From: a virus
Length of the DNA stretch: 64,000 bases
Virus record (IMG/VR): IMGVR_UViG_3300042351_000809
Reading direction: 5' to 3' (one strand)
Shown: one piece after another, positions 43,499 through 52,125 of the stretch
Position numbering within the stretch: position 1 is the stretch's first letter
Layout: each line of letters starts with the position of its first letter
Program-made: the position numbers and the translations under genes
Notes under the pieces: model-generated
Told to the model about the DNA's origin: nothing
Databases searched by the model: none
What the model saw: only the letters and a program-made list of their open reading frames with translations

Positions 43499-43840
43499 AT
43501 GAAGAATAAATTAAATGTTACAGTTGTAAACCCTAAGACTTGCAGAAAGAAGATTTGCTGTGAGGGTTGCGAACTGTCATATAGTAAACAAGATTATTTA
43601 TTATTCTTCACTGTGCGTAAACTTGTTTATTTTAATATGCTTGCAGAAGACGGTAAACAAATAAAGATTTGCGATTCGTGTTTAGTATCTCTCGCGTCCA
43701 TGACTTGTGCGAAATATGATTTACCATATATTAGTATTATAATTAAAGGAGAGGAAAATACAAAACAAATAAATATAGAATATAGTAAAGACCCCGAATT
43801 TGAGCAAGAATTAATTAAAATTTTTAAGAAGATTAAGTAA
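43499..43840 (+). CDS. Cys-rich hypothetical protein
   Basis: 113 aa with CxxC motifs. Confidence 0.55.
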   Translation: MKNKLNVTVVNPKTCRKKICCEGCELSYSKQDYLLFFTVRKLVYFNMLAEDGKQIKICDSCLVSLASMTCAKYDLPYISIIIKGEENTKQINIEYSKDPEFEQELIKIFKKIK

Positions 43841-44326
43841 TTTATCTTGTTTTTCGGGGGTCATATCTTCTGGCGGCGAATTTTGTATTATATATTCCAG
43901 CATCTTAACGGCGGAATGGTAATTATTTCTATTCTTTAGGGAGTTGCCCTCATAGGATACTATTTTAACGTTACCTTTTATGTATCCTTTATTTGGATCT
44001 ACTCTATCCAATGATGCTGATCTCCTGTGGTCGATGCCTGATTTGTATAGGATTTCGTGGCCTAAAATGGGGCAGGTATTATTTTTAATGTTTATTAAAT
44101 CCCCCAGCGTAAGGTTGAATTCCAGATTTTTCTTTTTTGAACGCTTTTTTGCTTTACTTAAGATGACTTTTTTGAGATAAACTATCTCGCCTCCATCAAC
44201 GTTTCCCATCTTTTCTTTAATTTTATTGTATTCTTGGGAGTAGCAACAAGTATTGCACTTGCCTTTTATTCTATTGAACTCTGTATCTTCTTTGTCAACC
44301 CCACAGACAGAACATTTGATTAACAT
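43811..44326 (-). CDS. HNH-type endonuclease
   Basis: CPILG...SLDRVDPNKGYIKGNV...N..K motif; N-terminal zinc finger. Confidence 0.75.
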   Translation of the reverse strand: MLIKCSVCGVDKEDTEFNRIKGKCNTCCYSQEYNKIKEKMGNVDGGEIVYLKKVILSKAKKRSKKKNLEFNLTLGDLINIKNNTCPILGHEILYKSGIDHRRSASLDRVDPNKGYIKGNVKIVSYEGNSLKNRNNYHSAVKMLEYIIQNSPPEDMTPEKQDKLLNLLKNFN

Positions 44327-44673
44327 TAGATATATCTACACAAGCTATATCTAAAAAAGGTATTTTTCAGGGGAGGCTCCGGGGATTTTTTGACCTTGCA
44401 AAGTTTTTGGGTCTGGCTTTTGGTCTTATTTTTTGAGAAATAGGGGGGTCTTATATGGAGATATATATATTATTACATAGAGATAGTAAGTATTTATTAA
44501 ATTAAGGGCAGAATAGATAGACTTCTTTAATTGGTATATTAATAAAAGAAGGTTTTATAGATTAAGGGCAGAATGATTTTCATCCCCCCTCCCCCCACTT
44601 TCAGAAAAGAGGTCGAGGATCTTTTCAAAATTAGGGGGGTCTGTCAAGGGCAATCTTTGGCAATCTTGACAAG

Positions 44674-44699
44674 AAAAAGCCCCCTCTTTCGAGGGGGTT
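44674..44699 (-). terminator. Terminator closing the leftmost early unit
   Basis: CCCCCTC-GAAA-GAGGGGG plus U-tract. Confidence 0.8.
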
Positions 44700-44719
44700 G
44701 TGCTTGACTTTCGTTTGAA

Positions 44720-45160
44720 TCAGTCGGCCAGATTGGCGACGTTTTCCAACGCGAAGCAAAGGAACTGCGGTTCCCCCTTGTCGGGGCTATAGTCGCGAAT
44801 GGTGGCGAGTTCCTCGGGGGTCGCTTCGCGGCCATCCACAAGGTAACGGGTGACCCGCTTGGCGGACGTAGGAACGGCGGCCAGATACAAGGCCCCGCTT
44901 TCCTTGTGCATGACCAACCCATCCTTGACCCAAGTGAACCACGGGGCCTTGCCAGCGGGGGCCTCGCCTGTGCGGGCCTCTAAAACGTTGGAGTATGTCT
45001 CAGGCCCCGCCACGGTGACCGTGATGCGGTGGTCGCGGGTCACGCGACCCAAGAGCGGGTTCAGGGGAACGCCAGCGCGGCCCCCCTTGTTCATTTTGTG
45101 TTCGCCAGTCAAGAGGATGGTGGCGAGGCGACCGGCGCGGATGGTGGTGGTGTCAATCAT
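44720..45160 (-). CDS. Hypothetical early protein; high-GC paralogue of 46426-46863
   Basis: 146-aa ORF, colinear with the 145-aa ORF. Confidence 0.8.
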   Translation of the reverse strand: MIDTTTIRAGRLATILLTGEHKMNKGGRAGVPLNPLLGRVTRDHRITVTVAGPETYSNVLEARTGEAPAGKAPWFTWVKDGLVMHKESGALYLAAVPTSAKRVTRYLVDGREATPEELATIRDYSPDKGEPQFLCFALENVANLAD

Positions 45161-45384
45161 GATGCGTTGCTTTCTTAAAACGTCGCCGTGATTGGCGACA
45201 AGGAAAGACTCTCACGGGTCGCTTCCGTTGTCACCTAGAAAGTGAAAGAAAAGTGAAAAACCTTTCAGGGTCATGCATAGGGTCCGAAGCGCGTCAAGCC
45301 AAAAAGTGGAAAAAGATTGTCAAGGAAAAAGAGTTGCAAGAATCGGGGACTCCGTTTTCTGCAACTCTCCTTTGGAAAGAGACT

Positions 45385-45421
45385 TGGCACGGTCCCTGCT
45401 GTCCTAGCAAGAGCCGTGCCA
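45385..45421. promoter_or_regulatory. Convergent pair of sigma54 (-24/-12) motifs
   Basis: TGGCACGGTCCCTGCT (+, 45385-45400) and TGGCACGGCTCTTGCT (-, 45406-45421); both GG-N10-GC. Confidence 0.75.
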
Positions 45422-45434
45422 GTCTAGCCTTGGG

Positions 45435-45692
45435 TCACTCTGCGAAAAGATCGGCCTTGGCGCGAGAGTGAGCCATGATGGCATGAGTCTTGCTCACATC
45501 CGTGGGGATGAAGGAAAGGCGGTAGGTCATGAGGTTCAGAGCGTCCTTGATTTCCTGCAACTGCCGCTTTCGACTAGCGACCAAGGAAGTCCTGTCTTCA
45601 AGGAACACGATGTCGGTTTCCAAGGCGACCATTCCGCCAATCAAGGCGGCGCGGACTTTGGTGGCTTGCTCTGCGGTGATGATGTTTTCCAT
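45435..45692 (-). CDS. Hypothetical early protein
   Basis: ORF track 45435-45773; start moved to MENIIT, downstream of the promoter. Confidence 0.7.
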   Translation of the reverse strand: MENIITAEQATKVRAALIGGMVALETDIVFLEDRTSLVASRKRQLQEIKDALNLMTYRLSFIPTDVSKTHAIMAHSRAKADLFAE

Positions 45693-45802
45693 GTTGTGTT
45701 TTATAGTGTCGCCGTCATTGACGACGGGAAGACTTTCGCACGGATGCATTTTGATTGTCACCAACTTTCTCAAAGAATCTTTGAGTACCCAATCGAAAGC
45801 CC

Positions 45803-45987
45803 AGCACGTTTCATGCCAAGTCTAGGTTGGCATGCTCTTTGCTCCCCAGCATAGACTATGCCAAGTCCGCACTCCAGAGAGTTGCGAGAGTTGGGGTCTC
45901 CTTTTCTTGCAACTCTCGGTTTTCCGGTTGGCATGGCACTTGCTCCCCAGCACGAATCGTGCCAAGTCGGTTGGCATGGAACTTGCT
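45803..45987. promoter_or_regulatory. Six sigma54 (-24/-12) motifs flanking repeat copy 2
   Basis: TGGCAY-N6-TGCT at 45803(-), 45828(+), 45848(-), 45929(+), 45949(-) and 45972(+). Confidence 0.75.
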
Positions 45988-46159
45988 TCCCCTTATACTA
46001 CTATAAGCCATTTCTCACTAATGTTAGTGATAAATCCTTATATATATACAAAAAATCCCCTGTACTAGTACAGAGGATCTGAGGGTATTTGATATTTATC
46101 TATTTAATGTTTAATGTTAGAGAAACAACCAAATAGGAATATCGCAATCAATAGTATAA

Positions 46160-46357
46160 TCATAGCTCGTCCCTATTGTATTTGTATTGCAATTTGGATA
46201 GGGCTTCTGTTATGTGTTGCTTCTTTTCGCTCCAAATAGAATGATCTGTTTTAATACTCTGACATGATTGTATTAGTTTATCGCATTCTTGTATAGCTTG
46301 CTCTAGTGCTATCTGCAAATGAACCATTTCAATATGAGTAAGAGAAGTGTCAGACAT
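46160..46357 (-). CDS. Hypothetical protein
   Basis: 65-aa ORF. Confidence 0.6.
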   Translation of the reverse strand: MSDTSLTHIEMVHLQIALEQAIQECDKLIQSCQSIKTDHSIWSEKKQHITEALSKLQYKYNRDEL

Positions 46358-46425
46358 AGTGTTTATATATAAGGGTTTTAGTATTAAATGCGCGTTTATA
46401 GTATTCGCGCCCCACTGTTTATCAA

Positions 46426-46863
46426 TTAGCCTTCTACGTTTACGACATTTTCAATTGCAATAGTGAGAAACTCGGCTGGCTCACTAGCTGGCTTGTACTT
46501 ATACAAGGTTTCTAGTTCTTCTTCTGTCATAGGGCGACCGTCTAATAAATATTCAATCTTACCAACATTGCTAGTAGGAATACCAGCGATATACAATTGG
46601 TTGGTCTGTTTATGAACAACCAGACCGTCTTTAATAAAACGAAACCAAGGCTCTTTACCAGCTATCTCATTACCCTTACGAGTTTGGATATTAGTATAAG
46701 TTTCCTCACCGGCAATTGTAATAGTAAAACGGTGATTCCTAGTAACACGCCCAAGGAAGGGATTAATAGCAATACCCTTGCGCCCACCTTTATTCATAGA
46801 CAGCTCGCCCTGTAGTAGTATAGTGGCGATCTGACCGGCTTTGATAGTAGCAGTGTTAATCAT
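46426..46863 (-). CDS. Hypothetical early protein; low-GC paralogue of 44720-45160
   Basis: Shared ATILL.GE..MNKGGR, LGRVTR.HR, PWF...KDGLV.HK and Y..DGR..T.EEL motifs. Confidence 0.8.
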   Translation of the reverse strand: MINTATIKAGQIATILLQGELSMNKGGRKGIAINPFLGRVTRNHRFTITIAGEETYTNIQTRKGNEIAGKEPWFRFIKDGLVVHKQTNQLYIAGIPTSNVGKIEYLLDGRPMTEEELETLYKYKPASEPAEFLTIAIENVVNVEG

Positions 46864-47165
46864 GTTGTTTATAAATAAGTGTTGCTGTTTATATAATTAC
46901 CGAACCGACGTTGATACCTTAGCACAGCCACGAATCCAGTAAACACTTTTCTTTAAGTATTTTTCATACCTAAACCGAGAGTTGCACGTTTTGGGGTCTC
47001 CGAAATCCGCAACTCTTTTTTGTTGACAACTTGTACATATATAAGAGAAGTCACTATTTGTTATTTGATCATTTATTATTTAATATTTGCTGATTTAATA
47101 TTTAATGTTTGGATAAAAAAATCCCCGCTGTATTGCTACAACGGGGTTTTGTATTTATTACTATT

Positions 47166-47369
47166 TCACCAATCCGAATCTTGTCCAGTGGGGTCTTCGT
47201 CCCACTCGCGTTGCCACTCAGAATGACAGGGCTGGCAAACCGCGCTCCGTGCCTTCGGGGGCATCAGAACGCTGCAACGGGCGCAATGGAAGCGCTCTGC
47301 GCCGTTTTCATCGATGACAGGGCAACCGCCAGCTTCGTGCCCACAACAAGGGAAGTCTTCGCAAGCCAT
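47166..47369 (-). CDS. Small Cys-rich zinc-binding protein
   Basis: CEDFPCCGH, CARC and CQPC motifs. Confidence 0.7.
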   Translation of the reverse strand: MACEDFPCCGHEAGGCPVIDENGAERFHCARCSVLMPPKARSAVCQPCHSEWQREWDEDPTGQDSDW

Positions 47370-47385
47370 AGTGTGATATAGTGAT

Positions 47386-47589
47386 TTAGTTTTTTAGTCC
47401 GAGAGAGTGACAAACAGAAGCTAGTCTGCAATTGATTCTATCAAGCTCCAAAGCAATATCACTAGCAGAATGATAATTAGCATTTGTGATGTTATTGGCG
47501 CAATTGTTAATTTGTTCAATGAGAGACTGCACCTCATGCGCGAGCGCGAGGGTGGCGGTGGCAGGGGCGGGGCAGGAAGAGGAACTCAT
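47386..47589 (-). CDS. Hypothetical early protein (near-leaderless)
   Basis: ATG 9 nt after TTGTAT-16-TACCCT. Confidence 0.6.
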   Translation of the reverse strand: MSSSSCPAPATATLALAHEVQSLIEQINNCANNITNANYHSASDIALELDRINCRLASVCHSLGLKN

Positions 47590-47760
47590 GGTGCCCAAAG
47601 GGTAGCACGGACTCATTATGATACAATTTTTTTGTGAGATTTTTTTAGGTAATCATTTCCGAGAGTTGCAAGAGTCGGGCACCCCGAAACCCGCAACTCT
47701 TTTTGTATATAAAAAAACCCCACTGTTTATCACAGCGGGGCTATTGTATTTGTTTAGCGT

Positions 47761-48177
47761 TTATTCATAATGTGGGCGAGGCTCCGCGCTATTGTCACAC
47801 TCGCCCCGCACCTGCTCAATCGTGACCCATAGCTCGCCCCCGTCGCTCCACCCCGTGGGGATGTACCCCTCATCGTGGTACGCCGTGTCGCATTCCTCGC
47901 CCGGAAGCGCGGCCATCGCACGATACCGCGCAGGGGCTTCCTCGCGGTTTTCACGCTCTACCTCCACCTTGGCGTTTTCAAGCCAAGCCTCGGCGGCTTC
48001 CATCGCGGGAAAGTAGATGGACCCTTCCAAGGTGTTGCGGGTGTACCACCAGCCACCCTCCTCCGGTCCACCGTAGTTCTGGCTGCGGCGGTACACGCTG
48101 ACCCACGCGCCTTGCGGCACGTTGAATTCGGCGTGGGCTTCGATTTTTTCGATCAGGGACTGCATTGTTGATTTCAT
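47761..48177 (-). CDS. Hypothetical early protein (leaderless)
   Basis: YGGPEEGGWWY motif; ATG 7 nt after TTGATT-16-TATGGT. Confidence 0.75.
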   Translation of the reverse strand: MKSTMQSLIEKIEAHAEFNVPQGAWVSVYRRSQNYGGPEEGGWWYTRNTLEGSIYFPAMEAAEAWLENAKVEVERENREEAPARYRAMAALPGEECDTAYHDEGYIPTGWSDGGELWVTIEQVRGECDNSAEPRPHYE

Positions 48178-48336
48178 CGTCCCTACCATAACAGGCGCAC
48201 AAGTGAAATCAAGAGAAAATCGCACAAAGAGAGTTGCGAGATTTAGGCTCCCCGAATTCTGCAACTGTTTTTGTATAAAAAAACCCCCGCTATAGTAGTA
48301 TAACGGGGGCTTATCTGTTATTTATTTAAATAGTAT

Positions 48337-48555
48337 TTAAAAGATTTCGTTGCAAACTGAATTGTTTTGTTCTGTTCTAATATTAGCAATAGTGTGAAAG
48401 ATATCCAAAGCTTCTTCCCAAGTATTTAAATCAGAAACAAAATGAATCCAATCTTCTTTACTATAACATTCAACATAGACTTGATAACCATATCCTTTAT
48501 TATAATTATCTTCCGCCAGTTGCTTCAGTTGCTCAATCCATTTTGATTTATCCAT
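48337..48555 (-). CDS. Hypothetical early protein (leaderless)
   Basis: ATG 8 nt after TTGACT-16-TATCTT. Confidence 0.7.
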   Translation of the reverse strand: MDKSKWIEQLKQLAEDNYNKGYGYQVYVECYSKEDWIHFVSDLNTWEEALDIFHTIANIRTEQNNSVCNEIF

Positions 48556-48794
48556 AGGGCACCAAGATAGCAAAAAGAATGAAAAAGTCAATAGATTTGA
48601 GAGTTGCAAGAGTTAGGCTCCCCGAATTCTGCAACTCTTTTGGGCTTGACTTTTTTTTCTTCATTTGGTGAGCGATTTGTGTTGACTCTGAGGGCGAAGC
48701 CGCCCTTTGGTCTATTTGGGGGAGGTCTGGCAATATTTGCGATTATTTGAAATAATTTTTTGACAACCTCGACCAATCTGATACCGTAGGCACG

Positions 48795-49091
48795 ATGAAA
48801 CCAGAAATTAGCGCAAGCATCCAACGCAAGTTCACCTTTGAGATCCAACTTGAAGATCGGTACGACGTTTCCGAGATCGAAGTCCTTGTGGGCTTTGAGT
48901 GGGATTACGAGTGCAACCCTGACGAGATCCGAGGCACAGACTTCCTCGTCATCTCCGAAGTCATTTGGGATTGCGAAGGCTTCACTTGGGCAGAGGAGAA
49001 GGAGATCCAAGCCGCGATCTTCTCCCGCTACGAAGAGTGGACCCGTGAGACCGAAGAAGCCGAAAGAGAGGGTCGCTTGAACGTGGATTGA
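48795..49091 (+). CDS. Acidic hypothetical early protein (leaderless)
   Basis: ATG 7 nt after TTGACA-16-TACCGT; very D/E-rich. Confidence 0.75.
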   Translation: MKPEISASIQRKFTFEIQLEDRYDVSEIEVLVGFEWDYECNPDEIRGTDFLVISEVIWDCEGFTWAEEKEIQAAIFSRYEEWTRETEEAEREGRLNVD

Positions 49092-49107
49092 AAAGTCAAG
49101 AAGAAAA

Positions 49108-49135
49108 TCACCCCGCTACGGCGGGGCTTTTTTTT
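49108..49135 (+). terminator. Terminator; identical 23-bp copy at 49512-49534
   Basis: TCACCCCGCTACGGCGGGGCTTT precedes both repeat 7 and repeat 8. Confidence 0.8.
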
Positions 49136-49230
49136 GAGAGTTGCAACTTTTGGGCACCCCGAATCCAGCAACTCTTTTTTGAGAAAAATTGTTTACAAGA
49201 GTCACGGCCCGTGCGAGACTCTTCTCCGTA

Positions 49231-49506
49231 ATGAAAACACAACACGACAGCATCGATACCGCCAGCGACCTCCGCGACCTCATCGCGCAGACCCCCGAAG
49301 AGTTTGAGCCTTCTCGTCAAGACTCTGAGCCTTTGGTTGTGGTTGACGCGAAATCCTTCCGCGAAATGCGCGTGGCTCTGAAAATGTACTTGTTCGAAAT
49401 AAAGTACTTGACACACTACCGCCCAGAGTACCGGGAGCAAGTCGCCAAAGAGGCTCAAGACCTCTTGGACAGAACGGAATACGATAAAGTCAAGAGAATT
49501 TACTGA
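49231..49506 (+). CDS. Hypothetical early protein
   Basis: Start moved to MKTQHD, downstream of the promoter. Confidence 0.7.
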   Translation: MKTQHDSIDTASDLRDLIAQTPEEFEPSRQDSEPLVVVDAKSFREMRVALKMYLFEIKYLTHYRPEYREQVAKEAQDLLDRTEYDKVKRIY

Positions 49507-49590
49507 AAAATTCACCCCGCTACGGCGGGGCTTTACAGTTGCGCGTTTCGGGCACCCCGAAGCTCGCAACTCTTTTTTTTCTTTTTTCTT

Positions 49591-49619
49591 TTGACGAGTG
49601 GGCTGGTCTGGGCTAAGGT
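49591..49619 (+). promoter_or_regulatory. Sigma70-type early promoter (representative of the cassette promoters)
   Basis: T-tract, TTGACG-17-TAAGGT, ATG 6 nt later at 49626. Confidence 0.75.
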
Positions 49620-49625
49620 TTGGGC

Positions 49626-49826
49626 ATGCAAAAAACGATTGAGTTTTACAACCGCGAAGTCTACGGCAATGTGCGCGAGTACATCGCAAATGAAAATGAC
49701 GCAAACATTGTTTACCGCTTGACGGGAAAGAAAACGATCACTAGTGTGGAGCGCGAGTTGATTCGTGACCTCTCCGGTGGTCTGATTCACTTCAAACAAA
49801 TTTTGCCCCCTTCGAAGTCGAAGTGA
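49626..49826 (+). CDS. Hypothetical early protein (leaderless)
   Basis: MQKTIEFY; REVYGN...Y and LTGKKT motifs. Confidence 0.7.
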   Translation: MQKTIEFYNREVYGNVREYIANENDANIVYRLTGKKTITSVERELIRDLSGGLIHFKQILPPSKSK

Positions 49827-49847
49827 GGGCGGGTTAAGGCAAGCGGC

Positions 49848-49951
49848 ATGGTACGCAGGGAGATCCTGCGGCGGGTTAGTTGAACCTTTAGAAACACTGC
49901 TTTTTCGGTTAGATTCGTGTCAAATGGTACGCAGGGAGATCCTGCGGCGGG
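49848..49951 (+). repeat. Two 28-bp direct repeats with an internal dyad
   Basis: ATGGTACGCAGGGAGATCCTGCGGCGGG at 49848 and 49924. Confidence 0.9.
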
Positions 49952-50105
49952 GTTTTTTGCAAAGAGTTTGTTGTGATTCTCTTTGAAGGTTTTAGCCCCC
50001 ATGAAACAGACACGAATCTTTCCGAGACTTGCAGCAATCCGCCACCCCAAATCCTGCAACTCTTTTCCTTTGACGGTTTTCCTAAATCTGATAATGTTTC
50101 CCCGT

Positions 50106-50498
50106 ATGAAAAACAAATCACTTGTGTTTGCCCTTATTTGCTCATTCTCTTTGACAACCTACGGGAAAGTCACTGAAGAACTATTTTTCAAAGCCCTTGG
50201 CAAAGTCGAGGCTTCTGGTAATCCAAACGCCGTCAACAAAAGAGAACAAGCTTTGGGTATTTATCAAATTCGATTTGCTTATTTCAAAGATTCTGGCGTA
50301 AAAGCCAACCATAAAGACGTATTTGACCCCAACGTGGCAAAAATGGTTTGCAAGGCTTATTTCGCCCGATACGAGAAAAAGGCTCTTGACAATGGAGACT
50401 GGGAAGTGTTAGCTAGATTGCACAACGCCGGTCCCAACTGGCGCAAGAATAAATCATCTACTGATAAATACTGGAATAACATTAAAAAGAACCTGTAA
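50106..50498 (+). CDS. Lysozyme-like / lytic transglycosylase with N-terminal signal
   Basis: VEASG (catalytic Glu), GIYQI and ARLHNAGP motifs; hydrophobic N-terminus. Confidence 0.75.
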   Translation: MKNKSLVFALICSFSLTTYGKVTEELFFKALGKVEASGNPNAVNKREQALGIYQIRFAYFKDSGVKANHKDVFDPNVAKMVCKAYFARYEKKALDNGDWEVLARLHNAGPNWRKNKSSTDKYWNNIKKNL

Positions 50499-50502
50499 TA
50501 AT

Positions 50503-50604
50503 ATGAGCAACAAGACTTTTGATAGAATTATAAATGCTGTAATTGTATCACTCACTATTGCTACTGTTGTTAGTGTTACTGTGGTTTACAACATCATCTT
50601 TTAA
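50503..50604 (+). CDS. 33-aa single-TM peptide
   Basis: MSNKTFDRIINAVIVSLTIATVVSVTVVYNIIF, read by eye; fills the operon gap. Confidence 0.5.
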   Translation: MSNKTFDRIINAVIVSLTIATVVSVTVVYNIIF

Positions 50605-50608
50605 TAAA

Positions 50609-50890
50609 ATGGAACTCACTTTTCTTTCTGACCCCGGCCACGGTTGGCTTCGTGTTCCTCATAAATTACTTGAAGACTGGAATATTGATATCTTAATATC
50701 AGAGTATAGTTATAGAACAAGAGACTTTGCTTACTTAGAGGAAGACTGTGATGCTTCTATCTTCATTGACGAAGCCAAGAAAAGGAATTACAAATACTCT
50801 GTTCATTACAAATTGATTAAAGACTTCGATTACTATCTCAAAAACGTTGGTAATTACTATAGATTTAACAATAACCTAAGAACAGCATGA
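50609..50890 (+). CDS. Conserved hypothetical phage protein
   Basis: DPGHGWL...YLEEDCDA motif. Confidence 0.7.
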   Translation: MELTFLSDPGHGWLRVPHKLLEDWNIDILISEYSYRTRDFAYLEEDCDASIFIDEAKKRNYKYSVHYKLIKDFDYYLKNVGNYYRFNNNLRTA

Positions 50891-51075
50891 GTGGCGAACT
50901 AAAGATAACAATACAAGAAGTTGTAGACCTTCGTGTGGCATTAAATAATGCAGAACGCCGTATCAAAGAGTTAATGGCATTAAAGCATGAAGACTGGCAT
51001 AAATTGTATCATTTAGATATTGATTCAATAGAAAAAGGAAAAGACGCTCTTAAATCTATTATACAAAGAGATTAA
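50887..51075 (+). CDS. Hypothetical protein
   Basis: 62 aa; ATGA overlap with the previous gene. Confidence 0.6.
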   Translation: MSGELKITIQEVVDLRVALNNAERRIKELMALKHEDWHKLYHLDIDSIEKGKDALKSIIQRD

Positions 51076-51186
51076 ATCACACCCGCTTCGGCGGGTTTTT
51101 CTTTGAGACTTGCAGACTCTGGGCACCCCGAATGCTGCAACTCTTTTTGTTTGAAACTCGCGCCGCTTGTGATTACCTTGTCCCCG

Positions 51187-51492
51187 ATGAAACTGCTGAC
51201 GAAACAACTCGCCGAAAAACTCAACAAGGCCGGTTCTGACGGCATGGTCCCTATTTGCAAGCTTTTCACTCCGTGGAGTGACGCTACTTGGTTGATCACT
51301 GGGATCGAAGGTGGCATCCTTTACGGGTTCGCTGACTTGGGCATGGGTTGCGTTGAATGGGGCAGTATCGCTTCCGTGGAAGAATTGGAAGCAATCAAGG
51401 GACCGCTTGGAATGACCATTGAGCGCGATTTGTACTGGCAACCCAAGGAAGGCGTGAACTACTTTGAGCTTGAAACCCTCGCGGCTATTTAA
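51187..51492 (+). CDS. DUF2958-like protein (leaderless)
   Basis: KLFTPWSDATWL...GFADLG...EWG...EL...IERDLYW; ATG 7 nt after TTGAAA-17-TACCTT. Confidence 0.75.
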   Translation: MKLLTKQLAEKLNKAGSDGMVPICKLFTPWSDATWLITGIEGGILYGFADLGMGCVEWGSIASVEELEAIKGPLGMTIERDLYWQPKEGVNYFELETLAAI

Positions 51493-51494
51493 TT

Positions 51495-51677
51495 ATGAGA
51501 GAATCTGTTTATGCTGCCGAATGTTGGGCTACTGATAAATCAAAAGAAGAAATCCAATCAGAAATCAATTACTTACAAAACCTTTGGAAGATTAAACACC
51601 CAAACCCTTTTCCTAAAAACGCACACTATAGTTATATCAGGATTGTAACGCTAAAAGAAATCCTTAAGAATAAATAA
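51495..51677 (+). CDS. Hypothetical protein
   Basis: 60-aa ORF in operon. Confidence 0.55.
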   Translation: MRESVYAAECWATDKSKEEIQSEINYLQNLWKIKHPNPFPKNAHYSYIRIVTLKEILKNK

Positions 51678-51678
51678 T

Positions 51679-51948
51679 ATGACTCTCAAAAACTTAATTG
51701 ATCATGGTTTGTTAAATAATACAAGCATGATTTGTATTGCTGATTGTGAAATAGTTCCGAGTTTTCAAATTGAAGATGATTTTCTAAAATTGCACAGAAA
51801 GAATGAGCGAGTTTTGCTTTTTCCATTAAATAATGAAGTAATCTTTGATGGACTGTTTCTCACTGTGGAAGATGAATTGGAAACAGAATACGATTTGTCT
51901 TTCCTCACTTGTACTACTATAGATCCTGAATCGTTTAAGAATAAATAA
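51679..51948 (+). CDS. Hypothetical protein
   Basis: 89-aa ORF in operon. Confidence 0.6.
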   Translation: MTLKNLIDHGLLNNTSMICIADCEIVPSFQIEDDFLKLHRKNERVLLFPLNNEVIFDGLFLTVEDELETEYDLSFLTCTTIDPESFKNK

Positions 51949-51950
51949 AT

Positions 51951-52124
51951 ATGAAATACAAAGTCGCGCTATACCAAGAGATTTATACTTATTTAGAAAT
52001 TGAAGCTAAATCAGAAGATGAAGCAAGAGATTTAGTCTTAAGCGGAGAATTTGATGATGCTAACACTATTGATAACGAAGTAAAAGAGTCTGAAATCATT
52101 GGTTGTGAAGAAATTAAAGAATAA
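51951..52124 (+). CDS. Small acidic protein (DpnD/PcfM-like motif)
   Basis: 57 aa read by eye: MKYKV...LEIEAKSEDEA. Confidence 0.55.
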   Translation: MKYKVALYQEIYTYLEIEAKSEDEARDLVLSGEFDDANTIDNEVKESEIIGCEEIKE

Positions 52125-52125
52125 T

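Noticed and set aside
45330-45368. CIRCE/HrcA operator
   Set aside because: CIRCE is TTAGCACTC-N9-GAGTGCTAA; arm order and spacing do not match.
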